Below are positions 26,070 through 38,454 of a stretch of DNA of 64,000 bases, piece after piece. Origin of the DNA: Stegostoma tigrinum (Eukaryota); NCBI RefSeq assembly GCF_030684315.1, contig NC_081359.1, positions 12,176,127 to 12,240,126 on the forward strand, written 5' to 3'. A program made the position numbers and the translations under genes. Under the pieces are notes generated by a model. That model was not told the DNA's origin and searched no databases. It worked only from the letters and a program-made list of their open reading frames with translations. The stretch's first letter is position 1. Each line of letters starts with the position of its first letter.

Positions 26070-26870
26070 GTACAGTTCATTGTGCCACTGGCCCCAGTTG
26101 GGTAAATCACAGAGGAAGAAACAGATGGCCATAGTGATGATATGGAATTGTTGTCAGAATCTCATTCCAGCTTCAAGTTTCAAACCAAATTTACCAACAA
26201 TCTGTTTCATCCTCAGATATTTGCCAGGGATAGAGACAGAGTTGACAGCTCAGGAAAGGGATTTGTATTGGGCCCAAAAGCAATGCCTTCCCGATATTTA
26301 ACTGGAAGAAATGTATTGAATATCAATCAGCAGTCTGATGATTTTGCAATAGTGAACAATTTGGGAAAAAATGATAGTGATTTAGAGTTAGATGTCATCA
26401 TTGTACATGTGGAAACAAATACTGTCTTAGGATGCTGTCACCCATGAGAACCAGATCACTGAGAAATAGCAGGAGGGTGAGTTAATTCTTTGGGGAACAG
26501 CAGAGGTAATGGCACAAGACTGGGAAGATAAACCTTTGCAGGTTATACACTGGCAACTGGAAGGTGATGGAAAGGCAATGAAAGCGGTAGTAGTCAATTT
26601 TGTGAGAGGCTGTAAACAATTCAAAAAGCACAAGGAATACATTTTGCCTCTGCATTAATCAGAGGTAACTTTCATAAAAGTTATTTCAGCACTACTGGAG
26701 TGGAGTGAAAATATGAGTCGAAAAATGTGATCATAAATTCTCGGAATGAGGGCTATAAGTTTAGCAGGCAACAACACATTCAATGACTTTGGAGAGGAAA
26801 GAGAGTTGGAGATGGGACAACAGTTTGCAAGGTCAATGGGGTTACTGGCTCATCTTTTGAGGAAAGGGCT
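26070..26870 (-). mobile_element. L2 LINE RT fragment
   Basis: Reverse complement of ~26391-26416 reads FHMYNDDI (F.MYADD). A VPQ-like motif lies at ~26490. Confidence 0.55.
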
Positions 26871-27204
26871 AAATGTTTTTATGGCATTATTTGGGCACAG
26901 GGCTCACGATTCGTGACCTGTCTGAATCGGTTCTAGTGAATGAAGGAGGCGTGAAAATTTGGCGCTGCCATCCATTTGTAAGATTGTGCTATTGGGCCAT
27001 GTATTGGTTTTGCTGCTGGCTACTTCATTGTTCAGTCGGGACCTAGCATCAGGTATTCATCAGATGAGGTTGAGCCAGCTATTGACTCTTAAATGCATCA
27101 TCTGCCTCTTTCAAAGAACATTGCAATAAATTATAAAATGGTCCAGGTTAATATTTTGACTGCAATTCAAAACAAGGGAAGTTAATTACCAGGTCAGAGA
27201 GTGA

Positions 27205-27360
27205 GCACCAAGACTACAAATTCCAGTCACCAGGAGGAAAGGCACCATGGTTATATGAGGTGGCAGGAGGCACTGGCAGAAGCTGGTGGAAGCAGACAAT
27301 CAGTTGACATCTGCCAGTGAGACTCTAACACCAATGTCACATGACATTGAATAAGTCCGC
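27205..27360 (+). pseudogene. Decayed Myb/SANT-like (Harbinger ORF2-like) remnant
   Basis: RE*APRL, GKAPWLYEVA/EALAEA and QCHMTLNK motifs across frameshifts. Confidence 0.35.
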
Positions 27361-27596
27361 TTATGCAGTCAATGTTAGAGAATGCAGCTTTGCATTCATT
27401 GATGTGCCCACCACACCACCAATCTTACATGTTGTTCAATGTAACACATTTTCATCACTCATCCTGCCTCAGACCCTGGCACTCAGGACTCTTACGTCAC
27501 ACCCACGTACACCATCTCATCTCCACACACCCACCAGAAGAGCCAATCTCAAACCTATCTCTCACAGATGTCATATCTCTCCAGCCATTCAACTAT

Positions 27597-27779
27597 GCCA
27601 GAAGTCACACAGCATCACATTATAGTCCAATAGATTTATTTGAAATCACAAGCTTTCAGAGCATAGCCCCTTCGTCTGGTGAAATGTGACTAATAAAATA
27701 AACCAGTTGGACTATAACCTGGTGTCATGTGACTTCTGACTGTCCACCCCAGTCTAACAGCAGTGCCTCCACAGCATGA
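27597..27779. mobile_element. Palindromic PLE family C derivative with 12-bp TSD
   Basis: TSD ccattcaactat at 27585-27596 and 27780-27791. Arms gaagtcacac..ttatagtccaa / ttggactataa..gtgacttc. Minus arm carries cac-CAGACGA-..-GAAA-GC-TT-gtg. Confidence 0.8.
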
Positions 27780-28289
27780 CCATTCAACTATAGCAATGCA
27801 TCAGCCAAACGCATTGAGCAGAAGCTTCCTAGCTCCTGATTGATGTGGATAATGGAGAGTCAGTTGGTAAAATAAAGTAAGGCTGGTCAAGTGAGATTCA
27901 CAACAGTGAGGAAAAGGACCAGATTTTCCACCCAAAGTTTTAAAGATGAGATTGGAATTTTGCCAGTGAGCAGTGAACAGAATCACACCAGTATGCCCCT
28001 GTGATGTGCCTTTCCTGGATGATGTGGAGATATGCACTAACGCACATATTTTAGTACAATGACTAGCAAAGCATGAGGATCAGCATACAACGAGACACCA
28101 GGCATTGTTACAGGCAGGCCAGGGTGTAAAGTAAGGTTCATGTACTCGTTCACTAGAAGTGCAGTCACTGATGTTTTCTGTGACAGGGGTCTCAGATGTG
28201 AACCTCAGAAAGGTGGTATACTGGAACATTCTGACAGACACATGCAACTCCTGTCACTGTGAGAGATGGTGGAACAGGCTCGCTGCAAG

Positions 28290-29060
28290 ATTAGAATATA
28301 AGACCACAAGGAACAGGAGTGGGCTGTTCGGCCCATTGAGTCTGCTCCACCATTCAGTAGGATCATGATTTGACATTCCATAGTCCACTTTCCTGCCCGT
28401 TCCCCTTAACACTTGATTCCCTGACTGATCAAAATCTACCTGTTTCAGCCTTAAATGTACGCAGGGACTTCATATATGCAAGAATTTGAAAGACTCACAC
28501 CCCTCTGAGAGATGAAATCTCTCCTTATCTCAGCTTTAATTTGGTGCCCCTTTATTCTGAGACTATGCTCCCTGGTCCTCAACCCTTCCATGAGGTGAAA
28601 CATCCTCTTAGCATTTACCCTGTCAAGTTCCTTAAGAATCCCTACATGTTTCAATGAGACCACCTCACCTTATTCAAAACTTCAGTAAGTTGAATTCAAA
28701 ACTGTTTAATCTTTGTTCATAACACAATTCCTCCATACTGGCATTCATCCTCTTGAACCTTTGAACTGCGTCCAATGAAACAATATCTTTCTTTAAGTAA
28801 GGAGGCCAGAACTGCTCACAGTATTTCAGATGTGGTCTTATAAGCACCTTGTACAGGTGCAGTAGCATTTTCCTACCTTTATATTCCAATTCTCTTGAAA
28901 TAAGGGCAACATTCTATTAGCCTTCCTGATTACCTACTGCTTCTATGTGCCAGCTTTCTGTGTTTCATGCACAGGTACCTCAATGTCCCTTAGTGCTTCA
29001 GCTTTTCTACTTTTAAATAATACGCTATTCTTTTGTTCCCACTTCCAAAATGAACAATTT
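28290..29060 (-). mobile_element. CR1 LINE 3' fragment
   Basis: LYKVLIRPHLKYCEQFWPPYLKKDI and ILKELDRVNAKRMF...HSLRIKG. Confidence 0.88.
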
Positions 29061-29280
29061 TGCATTTCCCACACATGGAAGACAAACAATGTTCAGAGAG
29101 CCACTCTCTGCAGTCTATTCTTCATTTCCCTCTGCAATAGCCTCTGCATTCGCAGTACCTGCTATGGCCTTTAAATGGACAGATTACCTACTTTGCAGTC
29201 ATCCCTGCATGGCAACCCTTCCAACAAAAGCCCACAATAATTCCAGTTCCTTTTGCAGCAGCAGACAACCTTTCATATGA

Positions 29281-29705
29281 TAATAAAATGTGAGGCTGGA
29301 TGAACCCAAACCAGTCCAACCTGTCTCTGCCTCCCTAACCTGTTCTTCCTCTCACCCATCCCTTCCTCCCACCCCAAGCCGCACCTCCATCTCCTACCTA
29401 CTAACCTCATCCCACCTTCTTGACCTGTCCGTCTTCCCTGGACTGACCTATCCCCTCCCTACCTCCCCACCTATACTCTCTCCACCTATCTTCTTTACTC
29501 TCCATCTTCGGTCCGCCTCCCCCTCTCTCCCTATTTATTCCAGTTCCCTCTCCCCTTCCCCATCTCTGATGAAGGGTCTAGGCCCGATACGTCAGCTTTT
29601 ATGCTCCTGAGATGCTGCTTGGCCTGCTGTGTTCATCCAGCCTCACATTTTATTATCTTGGAATTCTCCAGCATCTGTAGTTCCCATTATCTCTGATACT
29701 ATTTT
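29281..29705 (+). mobile_element. PLE family A pLTR with a 25-nt inverted 5' cap and 14-bp TSD
   Basis: TSD aacctttcatatga at 29267-29280 and 29706-29719. 29281-29305 is the reverse complement of 29631-29655. Core CTGATGA (29566-29572)...GATA (mutated from GAAA). Confidence 0.9.
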
Positions 29706-29814
29706 AACCTTTCATATGAGTTAGGTTTCATTTCCTTGAAATAATCCCAACATTAAGCTCCTCTCGAAGCTGAATGCATGATCATCGATAAGTGACTTGT
29801 GGATTTGACAGCAG

Positions 29815-29960
29815 AGCGGAGGGGGTGGGGGGTGGTCCAAATTTGGAATGAGAGCTTCGCATCAGCTGTAAGTGCTGCGTGACTCGATTGAAGCAGTTCC
29901 GTTGCCTCCAGCGCACATGGCTCTCAATTCTCAAGGTGCTGAGTCATTTGGTCTTCGCAG
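29815..29960. promoter_or_regulatory. Candidate enhancer motif cluster
   Basis: GGGGTGGGG (KLF/SP), CArG box CCAAATTTGG (29837-29846), E-box CAGCTG (29863-29868) and ARE/MARE TGCTGAGTCAT (29937-29947), with retained CpGs. Confidence 0.35.
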
Positions 29961-30699
29961 TTGCATTGACAGCAACACAACAGATCTGAAATTCACACAC
30001 ACTTCAGTTTCTTCGCAAGTTCTAGAGAAATGTCAAATTGGAGAGGAGCCAGAATAGAAACCTTTATATGTGGCTGAAATGCTTATTCCGCTACTTACTC
30101 CCACTTTATAAATATTCTATAAGTCTGCATTTGGCCTTGTACAAACAACGAGTAATTGCAGATCATAATCTGGCATCAGGAACCATATTCCTTTTCCTGT
30201 TTTTGATGGGATCTGGATGTCAGTGGCAAATCCATTGTTTATTGCTACACCCAATCGTAAATGTGTGGCTTGCTAGGCCATTCCAGAAGGTGACTAAGTG
30301 TTAACGACTTTGTTGAACATCTGGAGCAGGTCAGGGGAACAGCTATTCTTAAAGGACAGGAGTGAACCAGATGAGTTTTTATGACAGCCGGTATTACTTT
30401 CATGTTCACCATTATTGACTTCTGTAAGTTTATTATTCAAATTTAAATTCCACCAGCTTCTGTTGTCGCTGGCCTTGGATCATTAAACATTACCATGGTA
30501 GCCCTGTCTTCCCACTTAATTATCTCTTTCATTTGTCTTAAGATGCATCTCCCTTGGAGAGAAAAATACGATGACAGAAGGAGTATTCATTGCCACACTG
30601 TTACCATCAGAGGTGGACAAATGTATCAGGTCCTCTCTTTATCGACCCTTTGTTTAAAGATAAAAGATTTTAAATTCCTTTGTATATCTCACCCTAATG

Positions 30700-31400
30700 T
30701 ATATAAGAACATAAGAATATAAGAAATAGGAGCAGGACTGGGTCATTTGGCCAGGACTAGGTCATTCGTCCTGCTCTACTATTCAATAAAATCATGGTTG
30801 ATCTTTTCATAGCTTCAGCTTCACTTACTTACCTAGTCACCGTAACTCTTAATTCCTTTACTGTTCAAAAATCTATCGGTGCCTTAAAAACATTCAACAA
30901 GGTAGCGTCAAGTGCTTTACTGGGTGGAGAATTCCATGACATCACAACCATTGGAGTGAAGAAGCTCCTCCTCTGCTCAGTACAAAATCTGGCCCTTCTT
31001 ATTCTGAGGCTAGGCTCCCTAGCTCTAGTTTCATCTGCCAATGGAAAATACCTCCCTCCTTCTATCTTATGGCTTCCCTTCGTAATTTTATATATTTCTT
31101 TAAGATCCTCCCTCATTCTTCTAAATTCCAATGAGCATAGTCCCAGTCTACTCAATTTCTCCCTATAGGACAACATTCTTAACTCCAGAATCAAAATAGT
31201 GAACTTCCTCTGCACTCTATCAGTATATCCTTTCTCAAGTAAGGAGACCAAAACTGCATACAGTATTCCAGACGTGGCCTCACCGGCACCATAAACGGTC
31301 GCAGCATAACCTCCCTGTTTTTCAACTCCACTTCTCTAGCAATGAAGGACAATATTCCACCTGCTGCATCTGCAAATAAACTTTTTATGATGTACTATTT
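30700..31400 (-). mobile_element. CR1 LINE 3' fragment with (taagaa)n-like tail
   Basis: ORF 30865-31251 (RVQRKFTILI...LSYREKLSRLGLCSLEFRRMREDL). Confidence 0.9.
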
Positions 31401-32034
31401 CATCAGATCCAATGAAGGAGTGAATTTTAAGTGAATGAAAGAACGAATATATTACTTCCTAACAGCAACAAAAGTAATAAAGTTGTGAGATCAATCATAC
31501 ATACCCACCATAATGAGGACTAAGTTTAGAAAGGGGAAAGTATCCAGTACAAGAAGGAAGTTAAATGAATATGTGGTTTATATGTCCTTAGATTGTTGTT
31601 GCTGTGTTAGCTTTAAACTCGAGATCATGGTTAGTTAATTCATTTCTTGTAACCTCAACAGTTGTAATCATTGTAGATATCTTTGCCTTCTCAGTGAGCA
31701 ACTATTACTCCCCTTTGCTTTATCATCAATCTATTGTTGTGTCCTATGAAAGAGACAGAGAGAAGTGAATGAAGGAGTAAGTATTCTCTAATTCCAGTTA
31801 CAAATTCATCTTTCCCTCTGCTGCTCTGACAATACAACTCGTTGAAATGTAGCCCATTTGTGTGTTCCTATGTCTGAGTGCATTGTTTTCTAAGCTGGAT
31901 AACTCTTTCACAAACAAGATGTTAAGTTTACCAATAAAGATACAAAAAAACAGGATGGTGTTTTAATGCCTTCTGTAAATTTTAATTTTGGGTCAGACTA
32001 CTTTTACTTTTCTCACTTTTTAAGAAAATTCTCT

Positions 32035-32530
32035 CATGAAAATGGGGCATTGTTGACTGACTGCCCCTTGTTACCCCTGAGAAGTGATGGTGAGCTGCCT
32101 TCTTGACACACTGCCATTCATGTTGTACTGTACGTAAACCCATAATGCTGTTAGGGATGGAATTCCAGGATATTGACCTTGCAACATTGAAGGAATGGCA
32201 ATATATTTCTAAGTTAGGAAAGTTAGTGACTTAGAGGGGAACTTGCTGGTGACGACTTTTCTATGTATCTGCTTTCTTTGTCCTTCTAGAGGGAAATGGT
32301 CATGGGTTTGGAAAGTGCTATCCAAGAATACTTAGGTGAATTTCTGCAGAGCATCATGTACATATTAGACACTGCTGCTACTAGCTGATGAAAGTGGTGC
32401 AATCAGGTTGGTTGCTTTGTTCTAGATGGTGCCAAGCTTCTCAGGTGTTATTGGAAAGACATTCAGCCAGACAAGTGGAGATATTCCATTGCACTCCTGA
32501 ACTGTGCCTTGTAAATTGTGGGCAGTTTCA
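32035..32530 (-). mobile_element. L2/CR1-group LINE 3' fragment
   Basis: cctgagaagtgatggtgagctgccttcttga...gggatggaattccagg; the same family is at ~7850-8000 and ~62320-62720. Confidence 0.6.
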
Positions 32531-33017
32531 TGAGGCTGTACTGGGATTAGGTTTTAATACATTTTTTGAACACCTAAGTCGCCCAAATTTGTCTAACGTC
32601 TCGTAGATAATACTTTGTCCAATTACTCCTTATAGCCAATAGGACCCAGCAAGTCTCCCTGATGCTTACCAAATGTGACTCAGCATAGATTTCAATTGTA
32701 ACATTTTGGAGAACTATCAGCTTCTGATTGGCTGTAGCTCTGAGATGAATCTAATTTCTGAGGAGCAACTCATAACTGCCTGGATATTCCAGAATTGGCC
32801 AGCATCATGGCATTGGTGCCATCTTCAGAAGGCCATTATACACCCAGACAAACCCCCTAGCCCTGAGCCAACCTGCACAGTTCCTGATCTATTCCCCAGG
32901 CATGACAGACAAGGGAAATGCAGCATCTTTTTTTGCGGGGCCTGAGGTGATATTTAGGCAGTACATTCTCTTCCCTCAGGACCAGTGGAGGATGACCACC
33001 CTCACCCAAGGTTATCA

Positions 33018-33484
33018 TACACCAGTTTCAAAATCTCCCCTTCCCCAAATGCATCCCTAAACCAGCCCAGTTCGCCCCCTCCCCCCACTGCACCACACAA
33101 CCAGCCCAGCTCTTCCACTCCACCCACTGCATCCCAAAACCAGTCCAACCTGTCTCCGCCTCCCTAACCTGTTCTTCCTCTCACCCATCCCTTCCTCCCA
33201 CCCCAAGCCGCACCCCCATCTACCTACTAACCTCATCCCACCTCCTTGACCTGTCCGTCTTCCCTGGACTGACCTATCCCCTCCCTACCTCCCCACCTAC
33301 ACTCTCTCCACCTATCTTCTTTTCTCTCCATCCTCGGTCCGCCTCCCCCTCTCTCCCTATTTATTCCAGAACCCTCACCCCATCCCCCTCTCTGATGAAG
33401 GGTCTAGGCCCGAAACGTCAGCTTTTGTGCTCCTGAGATGCTGCTTGGCCTGCTGTTTTCATCCAGCCTCAGATTTTGTTATCA
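33018..33484 (+). mobile_element. PLE family A 3' end/pLTR
   Basis: TSFKISPSP... C-terminus and pLTR similar to 18360-18840. Confidence 0.9.
33388..33423 (+). ncRNA. Minimal type I hammerhead ribozyme motif (PLE family A), intact core
   Basis: CTGATGA(33392-33398)-A-ggg/tctagg/ccc-GAAA(33412-33415)-CG-TC(33418-33419). GUC triplet and palindromic ACGT helix III; helix I is only 2 bp locally. Confidence 0.7.
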
Positions 33485-33942
33485 CACAGTTGCCAGGGTT
33501 CGAAGGTTTACGGTCTAGGGAGAGGCTGAGTAGACTGGGATCATTTTCCCTGGAGTTTTGGAGGCTAAGGACTGACTTTATAGAGATTTATGAAATCATG
33601 AGGGGCATGGATAGGGTGAATAGCCAAGGTCTTTTCTCCAGGGTAGGGCCGTCCAAACTAGAGGGCATAGGTTGAAGATGAGAGAAGAAAGATTTAAAAG
33701 GGACCTGAGTGGCAACTTTTTTTGCGCAGAGGGTGGTGTGAGTTCAGAATAAGCTGCCAGAGGAAATAGTGGAGGCTGATACAATGACCACATTTAGAAG
33801 GCATCTGGATGAGTATTGAATAGTTCAGAGGGATATGAGCCAAATGTTGATAAATGGGACTAGATTAATTTAAGATATCTGGCCAGCATGGACGAGTTGG
33901 ACTGAAGGGGCTGTTTCTATGCTGTACAACTCTATGATTATA
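33485..33942 (+). mobile_element. CR1/HER1 3' end
   Basis: LPGFEGLRSRERLSRLGSFSLEFWRLRTDFIEIYEIMRGMDRV followed by the tail. Confidence 0.9.
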
Positions 33943-35599
33943 GGTCAGTGCCTTGAGCAGTGGTCAGCAATGTACAAAATACATGAATGATCTTCTCTAC
34001 TCCACCAGTAGAAATGCCACCAGCATCTCTCTGAGAATACTTACTTTATTTCTGTTAGAGCATCCATCGCCACTAATGTGCACGCTCTATGTCTCTCACT
34101 ATTACTTGCAAAACCTTCCCTTAATTGCTGTGACCCACCCCAACCCCAGACATTACTAACTCTGCATACACTCTGTGCTGCCTTTCCTCTCTTGCAGGAC
34201 ACCTCCCAACTTCCAACAAAACTAACAGTGGTGTCAGCCACTGTTGTCTTACTTAATATCAGCCTCTCCCTCAGACTAGGAGGAAAATAGCCCACAATAG
34301 GGCAGAAATATTCAAACAGGGTGGTGAGCGGGCTGGCATTTGGTGTGTCACCCCTAATATAGGCAGCATCCTGTCTCTGATCCATCCAAGTGGTTGACTG
34401 ACTGTGTTGAAGCCCCTGAATTGGTTTCAGATGCAAAAAAGATACGTGAGTTATTCGCAATATCAAGATAGACCTTATCAGACTTCTTACGAGCTTTTGC
34501 CACAAATCTCATCCCATTTCATTCACGCCCCTATCAGATTCCACCCATCACATCTCAAGACACAATCTTGACCAACTTGAAAATTGTATCGGCTCAACTA
34601 TCACTGCTGCAATTTGGAAAATTTCCTTCAAGATATTTCTTAACCTTGCTTTTAAAAGTTCATTGATTTCATATCAAACTCCGCTTTATTTTGAAAGCAT
34701 TCGGTGAAGGTGTTCTCTATATGTATAAAAAAACTCACCTCTTCCTAAGAATTTTGAATAGTTTTTGTTTGGGAAACAGACCTATTATTTTCAAAACTTT
34801 TATTGAATTTGAGCTTTACTTTTAGCTTTATCTCACTACTATGGAAACGTCTCTCTCAGTATCTCTTGGATCGCTTAGTAATAGTTACAGTTCTTGGCAT
34901 CATCATCCGTACGGAATCAATGATAAATGCTCTCCCATCTCTAGTGGCACCTGTATGTGTGCACTATCAGTAATCTATTACAGCATATGATTTACCTTTA
35001 TCATGATTAAATTTCCTGCTAGCCTTGCTTCTTTGCTCTTGTACTCTACACCCTGATGTATAAAACCAAAATGATGCTGCTTTTCCTTGATGCCTGTGAG
35101 TACCTGCACTAGCACCTTCAAGAAAATATGTATCCACATGTGGGAGACTTCTGTTTATCCAGATCTTCCAATATCTTTCAACCCAATTTTCTTATCCTTG
35201 TAAAATATATCACACATGTAAGGAACAATAATAAGGAGTGGTATTGGCCTATCGTTTGGTCCCTTTCACAACTATCTTGCTTATCTCCACTTCAATCATT
35301 TCATTAATTTAAGATATCTGGTCAGCATGGATGAGTTGAACTAAAAGGCCTGTTTCTGTGATGTTCATCTCTATGATTCTAGGTCAGTGCCATGGAAAAT
35401 TCAAACATAGATAAAATATAACAACACACTAACTGAGGCATTAAATGGTATTTGCCTAATCAACAATATGTGTCTTTCACATTACAATAGGCAGACCTAC
35501 GCCAAAATTGGGAGAACTGACCTATATGCTGTTCAAAAAGCAGTGTGAGATAGGTATACTCAACAAATCATACCTTACAAACAATATCCTAGACTCTCC

Positions 35600-37420
35600 A
35601 ACACTATCCCTGAAAAGATTCTGTCCTGTTGGAGCACAGATTGGATGTAATGGTGCTGGGAGTCTTCAACATTGGCTCTGAGCCATGAAGTCTCTTGACA
35701 TTATATCAAACATGGACTGAGAAAGCTGCTAATGATTCCAACCAGCCAGACTGGACTGCAGCAAGTGGTGAGAGACCAATTTATACAGATTGCTTATCAA
35801 ATTTTCATCAGCCCACCTTTCTCAGATTTGGATTAGACCCAACAGTTCAAATTCCTCGTGATGTCATGGGCCATCAGCAGTGACATAATCGATCACAATC
35901 TAACCTCATCAATTAGCATATTCCTCAGGTTTTCATTATCAACCCTGGAGCGTGGGAGTGCATGCCAGGCACAGCAACAGGACAAACCTAAGAGTTATGT
36001 GCCAACCTGGGGAAGCTAAAACACTGGATTACGAACATGCTCCAATGAAGAAGCAAACGTTAAAGATCCCAAAAGAAATAACTAGGATCAAAGCTTCAAA
36101 TTCCTGGTGATTCTATGAGCGAACTGTAGTGGGCTATTAGATGCATAATACGGAGAGGCACCTCCAAGAATATCTACATCCTGAATGGAAGAGGAATCCA
36201 GAAAATATTGCAAAAGACAGTATAATTGTTTACAACATCTTCAGTCAGAAGCACTAATTCAACTAATACTCCTATTGTTCTCCTGACAATGGACCATGAT
36301 AGCTCATGCAATTTGATTTGCTTGATGCAATATCAAAAGAATAAGACTCTACAGACTGGGCACTGTAAAGTCTGTGAGACACAACACCATTATTGTTGTA
36401 ATACTGAGTACATATGTTTCAGAACTACATGGTGGGCCAAAGGGTCTGTTCCTATCTTGTATGCTTCTAGAACTGGAATAATGTAACCAAATCTCTAACC
36501 AAGCTGCTCCAGTACTGCCACAATACTGACACCAGTGCAATATTTCACTCAGTATATTATATCCACGAACGGCAGGGCAAATCAAATCTAATTGACGTTG
36601 TTCCAGGTCAACAGAGCTGTCATGAATAATTTGCTTGTTCAATTGTGTAACAACCAGGGCCAGTCAGCACCAAACACCATTGCAGACTTGGTCCAAACGT
36701 GGAGACAAGAATTGAACTCCAGTGTGAAGGTGAAGCTGATTGTTCTAAAAGTCAAGGCAGAATTAAGAAGCCTTGGGCAAAGCTGGAGTCAACAGGAACT
36801 GGTCTCCAAATGGAGTCATACATACCACAAAGGCCGTGGTTGTTGAGACCAATCATCATTGATCCAGCATGAATCCCTCAAGGTCTAAGTAACCTGTTCA
36901 GAGATGGTATTGCATGCCTCTGGAGCAGTTGGGCATGAGCCTTCTGTCTCAAAGGAAAGGGCATTACCACTGCACCACATGAGCAAATTCCCCTAGGTAG
37001 ACACTTTTAATCAAACAGCTCAGAGATGTTATGACACACTTCTGGAGCAGCTGAGACTCGAACATGGATATCCTAGCTTAGAGGTAGGGTCACTACCGCT
37101 GCAATGCAAGAAAGCAGAATTCCTCATGGTTGAGATTTTTTTTAATGAACCTGTTCAGAGATGTTATTAAACTACCCTGGAGCAGGTGGGTCTTGAAGGT
37201 AGGTCTCCTGGCTGGGAGGTAGGACCCTACCACTGCAGCCCGAACACCAATCATTTCATTGCTTCATGACCAATGGAGAAGCTCACTGATGATTGCACAA
37301 TGTTCATTATTCAGTCTCCTTTGTGGCTTTTCTCATAATGAAGCAGTCTGTTCTCAACTGCAGCAAGCCCCTGGACAACATTTAGGTTTCACACCGATAA
37401 GAGGCAGGCAACTCTCAGCA
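35600..37420 (+). mobile_element. Degraded L2/CR1-group LINE ORF2 fragments, split by a SINE trimer
   Basis: LGVFN, LVQTWRQELNS, a PQG-like motif at ~36875 and a TDDCT motif at ~37285. Confidence 0.55.
36890..37245 (-). mobile_element. Three tandem short tRNA-derived SINE-like units (periods 122 and 135 bp)
   Basis: Each unit on the minus strand has an A-box-like tggtgcagtggta, a B-box-like gttcgagtc/ttcaagacc, then tgctccag...catctctgaacagg. Confidence 0.65.
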
Positions 37421-37929
37421 AGGCAAATATTTAACACATCAATCATCCCGATCATGCATTAGACAGTAGTTTGTGTTTCAGCAACAATGGCATTGATGTA
37501 GAAGTGTAAACGAGAGATGTTCTTGGTGGGGACGTTAAAAAGGAATTAAAAATTAAAGCCAGCATTTAGTAGCATATTAACATCCAGCACCATATTGCCC
37601 AGCAGATAATCAAGGAAATCTCTGAAACAGAGTCAGAGGCATGTGTTTGATTAACAATATTGTATCATTATTGAGCGGTCGGAAATGTTAGCTCAGTCCG
37701 AATTTGAGCGTGGACAGCACAGCTGTTACCCTGGGGCAGAATGGTAGAGTTGCTCACCAGTTGAGTATCAATGTTTGTTCACCACATTTTTACTAAATAA
37801 TGTCATCGAAAAAGTGACAAGAAATGTTGCTATCAGTATGCAATCTATTTCCTGATTTCTTAGAATAATTTGTCTTATATTGAGTATAACTACTTCATAA
37901 TATGAAAACTAAAACACATTTCTTTCCCG

Positions 37930-38249
37930 AGTGGGCAATGACTGTTTAGGCACATCTCTTAGATGAAGATCAAGCTGTTAAATTTGAAGCCACTTCAATG
38001 GGAAAAGCAGAATGGCAGAGTATTATATAAATGGTGACAGATTGGGAAAGGTTGATGCACAGAGGGATCTGGATGCCCATATGCATTGGTCACCAAAAGC
38101 AAGCATGAAGGAGCAGCAAGTAGTTAGGAAGGCAAAGCCTTGCTTTCATTACGAGAGAGGATGAGAGCAGGAGCAAGAGAGTCTTACTGCAGCTTTACAT
38201 TATGTCGCTGAGGCCACATGTGAAATATTATGTGTAGTTTTGGTCTCCT
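37930..38249 (+). mobile_element. CR1 fragment (5' half of an element split by a 2.2-kb insertion)
   Basis: Ends LRPHVKYYV*FWSP; continues at 40484. Confidence 0.8.
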
Positions 38250-38454
38250 GGGCCTGGTTAGATGGTGACAGAGTAGAACACTCCACCCAGAGCACCTCCT
38301 CACCAGATGTTCTTTTTCTTTTTTATTGTCTCCCTCTCTCCTCCCTTCTCTTGGCATCTACCCTAGCCTCCAAAGGGGGGCCATTGGTTGACAGAGATGC
38401 CAGCAGATGGAGTGGGGATGTCGGCAAGCAGTGCCTGAATGCGGAGCGAGGCAG

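Noticed and set aside
34934-34950. CTCF-like motif (catctctagtggc)
   Set aside because: Only a partial match, expected by chance in 64 kb.
36890-37245. Functional tRNA gene cluster
   Set aside because: A/B-box-like motifs are decayed, no clean cloverleaf is visible, and the units carry a shared non-tRNA 3' extension typical of SINEs.
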